Below, in pieces: positions 59,701 through 64,000 of a stretch of 64,000 bases of DNA. A model generated the notes under the pieces. That model worked only from the letters and a program-made list of their open reading frames with translations, searched no databases and was not told where the DNA came from. The DNA is from Gracilinanus agilis (lineage: Eukaryota): the NCBI RefSeq assembly GCF_016433145.1, contig NC_058135.1, positions 205,306,844-205,370,843 on the forward strand, given 5' to 3'. Each line of letters begins with the position of its first letter. Within the stretch, counting starts at the first letter, position 1. Made by a program: the position numbers and the translations under genes.

Positions 59701-62254
59701 TCATCAGTAAATAAAAAGCTCTCTTTCTCAGAATGAGTTTGAAAAGGCATTTTCATGGGTTAAGGCTAACTGTATGTCTTTGTTATTCTCCTTCATAAGC
59801 CTCAGTTTCCTCGCCTGCAAAGTGAAAGGATTGAATTACATGATTTTTAAGGGCATACTATTCTATATTCTCTGTGCCAAACTCTGAAAGACTATGTTCT
59901 ACAGTATGATTTAAAATCCCTCACAGCTCTGATATCCTAAGATTCTGTTGGATCAGATAAGTCCATATTTGCTTTGATTCCCTCTTATCTTCCTGCCAGA
60001 CTTATAGTTCACTTCTGCCCAATTATCCATTTGAAGATCCCCTCCCTTTGCCTTGGGATGAGGGCTAATCTTGGTGTGACAGATTCTTTTCTGAAGCTCT
60101 ATGTAAACCTGGAAAAAGGTAACCAGAGAGATTTCTGTAGCCAAAAGACAGCTGCCTCTGTTTCCAGGTTTATGAGCCTCCTGCTGAAATCCCAGAAGAA
60201 AGAAATTAATCACAAGACATTATTTTCCTTTTAATTAAAAAGTATTGTTTACTGTGATACTGGCCCAGCTGATTCTCAAAATAGACAATAAGGATGAAGG
60301 TAGAGAACATACAATATTAATTTCCTCCAACTAATTTAAGTTTAATAACCCTCACATGCATCAAATGCTAAAGAGTTAGTTTATGAGTCAGATTTCCATT
60401 CCCCACTGGAGGCTGCCTGTGTTTTTTCTGCCTTTTTATTGACTCAAAGGGCCTCCCCAAGGACAAGAGATATGTTAGGACAGAAGATGGTGAGGAATAT
60501 AGTTTATAACAATAATCAAAAGTAAACTCTATACCTATGGAGTGATTTGTGGCTTAAAATGCTCTTTCTAAACAATTATTTCATTTAGTCCTCACAGTAA
60601 CTCTGTGAAGTAGGTAGGGCAGCTCTTACCATCCCCACTTAGAAGATAAAGCAACTGAAGCTCATGTTTCTAGGAGTCTTCCTTACTACACTCTGCTGTC
60701 CATTATCCAACACATATTTTGCAAATGAGGAAACTGAGACATTAGAGAAGTTAGATGGTCTGCCCAAGATCAAACATTTATTAAGTGGTAAAGGTGAGAT
60801 TTGAACATAGGGCTTCTAATCCTATATATGATATTAATTTCTATCCATTATAGCCCACCAAACTATACAGGATGTCTTTGTCCTCCAGTGGTTCCAGACT
60901 CAACCCCTTCCAACTGGATCCTCTGAAATCCCCTTCCTAACATCTTATCCTAAGGACTAATGTATCTTTATACCTACCTTGATAACTAACCTCTCCCATA
61001 GGTATTGCCCCCACCCACTTCACCTCTTTAGAATGAGTTCCAAAAAAGTAAATATTGACTCACCATTCTATTCATATTCCCAGAATTTAGCACAGAATTC
61101 CCAGAATTAGATTAGATGGAACCTAGTAAACATTTAATAAAGGCCTTTCCATTCCATTACACCAGGCTGCCTCTGCATATAAGCACACAAGCTTTCTAAT
61201 GGTACACCTGAACCGTAAGCCCTCTCTAAAGACAGAAGACTCAATCATATAAGAATGCTTATGAGAAGACTTGCTTTTGCTAATGACCACACACAAAATC
61301 CCAAATTTCAGCAACTCCTGCTGCTGTACTAAAGGCATCCCTGAATCCAGTAAAAAATGTTTCCTGCATAATGAAGTTCTTGCTTCAGTTGCTATGGTCT
61401 CGCATCATCTACTCATACTTAATTCATTACCACTGAAGAGGAAAGTGGATAAATTAGAGGTCTGTTGTCATGGCATCAGTAACAAGAGATAAATGAGACT
61501 GGCACCAAATTTACTCAAAAAGAACCCTATCCCTCTTCATTTGGGGCCAAGTAGGTGATACCAGAGGAGCTGTTTTAGGGAAGGGAAGTTTTTTAAGTGG
61601 AAAACAATGAGTATTCAGACTAATTGGATGGGACCAGAAGGGAGAAAAATCCAGAAAGCCCATTGATTGGATTTTGTTGCCTAGTACATTTCTGAGAGGA
61701 CACTGAGCTTTTGGATAATTAATTTGTACCACATCTGGAAATAAGCAGCAATGAATGTTTCTCAAGTGAAAACATTTCTTCAATGCTCTAGAACTTACAA
61801 AACTCTCTATGAGGTAGGGAATACAAGCAGTATAATTCCCATTTTACAGATAAGGAATTTGAGTCTCAGAGAAGTGAAAACACTTTTTCACACTCACTAA
61901 ATTTGAGTTTTAAATGTTGAAGTCCTCTGACTCCAGATCCCAGGTTCTTCCCATTTTAATCAATGGAAAGTTCCATTCCTGAACTCTGCTTGACCAAGTA
62001 TTTTAATTCTTTCTACAAACTTTATATTTTGGTAAACTAAGGCTATGAAAGGAAATATTGTGCAGTAGTTATGCCTGTAAAGCTTCTCTGACCTCAGGTA
62101 ATTTGCTCTTGAGATGACAAGAATACAGTCCATACCAGGCTTATGCCTGAAGCCTTTCCAACCAAGTCAGAACTTTTATACAGATGACACATCATAGGCT
62201 GACTGTAGAGGTCAATTTAACTTTTCAGCCCCAGCAATGTTTCAAGGTCACCTT

Positions 62255-62520
62255 TTCAAGTGCAAAAGCATTTATTAAGCACCTACAATATTTCAATAAT
62301 TGTGCTAAATGCTGAGGGATACACAGAAAGGAAAAAAAAAGAAGGTCCCTACCCTGAAAGAGCTTGCAATCTAATGGGAGGGGTTTCAATATACAAACAA
62401 CTATACATAATCTAGATATTCACAGGACAAATTTGAGAGGAAGAAAGGAATGAGGATTAAGGGAAACTGGGAAAAGCTTCTCACAAAAGATTAGATTTTG
62501 AATAGGACTTCAAGGAAACC
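62255..62520 (-). mobile_element. L2 3' region
   Basis: aagcatttattaagcacctac...ccctaccctgaaagagcttgcaatctaatggg. Confidence 0.85.
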
Positions 62521-62989
62521 ATTTACTAAGTTGGAGAGGAATTTTGCTCTATTTTGGTGGAGGAAATACCTATGCTAACAAAATCTTGGCTTCTTGAAGT
62601 ATGGAAGCATGTTATTACTTCAACAGATTAATTTATGAAAATTGTTTAGAAGCCACAACATATTTCAAGGGGGAAATGATGTCACATATAGTGCTAGGTC
62701 TCCAAATGAATCTATTGAAGGCTATTTAACCTGTACAAGTCTAGTAATTGTATTTTAAAAGAAATAAAAGTGATAATTAGATTATAATGATTAATTACAT
62801 AATAATTACATAATTTAATTAATAAATATTTTAATACTGTTTCCGTAGTAGTGCTTAAACATAAATTAGTATCTTGAATGCTAGTGCTTCATGGAGAATG
62901 ATGACTAAATGGCCCATTGATCCAATAGTTTCATATAACATTAGGGTACATTTTTAAGACTATTCGAATGGCATATAAAGGGTTTTTTA

Positions 62990-63590
62990 AGTTTTAAAAG
63001 TATTTTATTAATATATTTTGTTTTAATATCACTTAAATTTCTCCCAGTATTTCCCTCTTCTCCCCTTTCTCTGAAGGAACTTTCTAATATAACAATTACT
63101 TTTTTTTGAAAAGAGGAATAGAAAAAATTAGAAAAATAATCAATGCATCTAAAAATATGAATATATGCAATATTCTATATGAGTGGACCTCCCATCTCTT
63201 CAAAGAAGTAATGTGAAAATATCTTCTCATAGCTCTTCCTTGGAGCCATGTTTGTTCTTTGTAATTTTTCAGCATTCAGTTTTCTGTTTGTTTGTTTTTT
63301 TGGTTGTTAGTGTTCCCATTGACATAATGGTAGTCATAATATATATACATTTTTCCTAGCTCTGCTAACTTTACTCTGAATCAGTTTATATAAATCTTTC
63401 CATGCTGCTCTGTAGTCATCATATTTATTGTTTATTACAGTGCAATAACATTATATTACTCTCTGCATATATTCCATTACATAGGACAAAAAGTGCTTCT
63501 AGACAAATTTTTGTGCATAGGGCCTTTTTTTCTTACCAGTGAAAATCATGGGGTATATGTCTAGTAATGGAATTTCTGGGTCAAAGAGTA
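62990..63590 (-). mobile_element. Old L1 3' end
   Basis: cttctcatagctcttccttggagccatg...taaatctttccatgctgctctg...gtaatggaatttctgggtcaaagagtatg. Confidence 0.8.
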
Positions 63591-63614
63591 TGGATGGACA
63601 TGTTAGTTACCTTA

Positions 63615-64000
63615 TTCTTTCAACACTCCTTCCTCTCCACTCTTCAATTTCCTTTCCTGCTGCTTACAAATTCCCCCTATCATCGCTATCCTTTAAAAAG
63701 TTGACTATCATTTCCTCAAACTATCATCTTTTATCTCTCCTCTCACAACCACACTCTTTTAAAAGTTGTCTGTATTCATTGTTTTCACTTCCTCTCCACT
63801 TACTTACTCCTCAATCTCCTGCCACTTGGCTTGCCAACTTCATCACTCACCTACAATGAGTCTCCTCAAGGTTACCAATGAGCTTTCAATCGCCATATCT
63901 AAGATTCTTTTTTTTTCTGATCTTCATCTTTCTTGACCCCTCTGAAGCTCCTGACACTGCTGACCATCCTCTCTTCTTTAGGTTTTCATGACATTATTAT
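63615..64000 (+). mobile_element. L2 ORF2 (RT N-terminal) remnant
   Basis: tttcctgctgcttacaaa...ctcaaggttaccaatgag (KVTN)...cttgacccctctgaagctcctgacactgctgaccat (LDLSAAFDT-DH-like). Confidence 0.85.

Noticed and set aside
63539-63859. 106-aa plus ORF
   Set aside because: Chimeric read-through from an antisense L1 into an L2 ORF2 remnant.
1-64000. CRISPR arrays, rRNA, prokaryotic systems or an endogenous non-retroviral virus
   Set aside because: No regularly spaced repeats or long ORFs, and no viral motif recognised in the non-repeat segments. A tblastn against viral proteins would be needed to exclude a decayed element.

Overview
Marsupial genomic DNA, most likely a didelphid opossum such as Monodelphis domestica. 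This is inferred from SINE1_Mdo-type and MAR1-type SINEs, marsupial L1 3' ends and an RTE-derived SINE. The window is AT-rich, CpG-poor and looks intronic or intergenic. By eye, roughly half is transposon-derived: MIR/MAR1/SINE1 core-SINEs, L1, L2 and CR1/L3 fragments, four hAT-type DNA elements and one solo LTR. It also holds several microsatellites or polypurine tracts and two assembly gaps. I recognise no protein-coding gene, RNA gene or CRISPR array, and nearly all long ORFs in the track are explained by repeats, gaps or chance. The best-supported curiosities are (1) a young hAT MITE with a perfect 8-bp TSD, nested in a SINE1 nested in a MAR1, probably of the horizontally transferred OposCharlie1 type, (2) a solo LTR nested in an RTE-SINE nested in an L2, and (3) two strict RFX X-boxes in non-repeat DNA. 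More speculative is a set of three well-formed minus-strand candidate exons that splice in frame to a 68-aa ORF. Repeat family names are from memory of consensus sequences. Repeat boundaries are approximate (about +/-20 bp) unless a TSD is cited.
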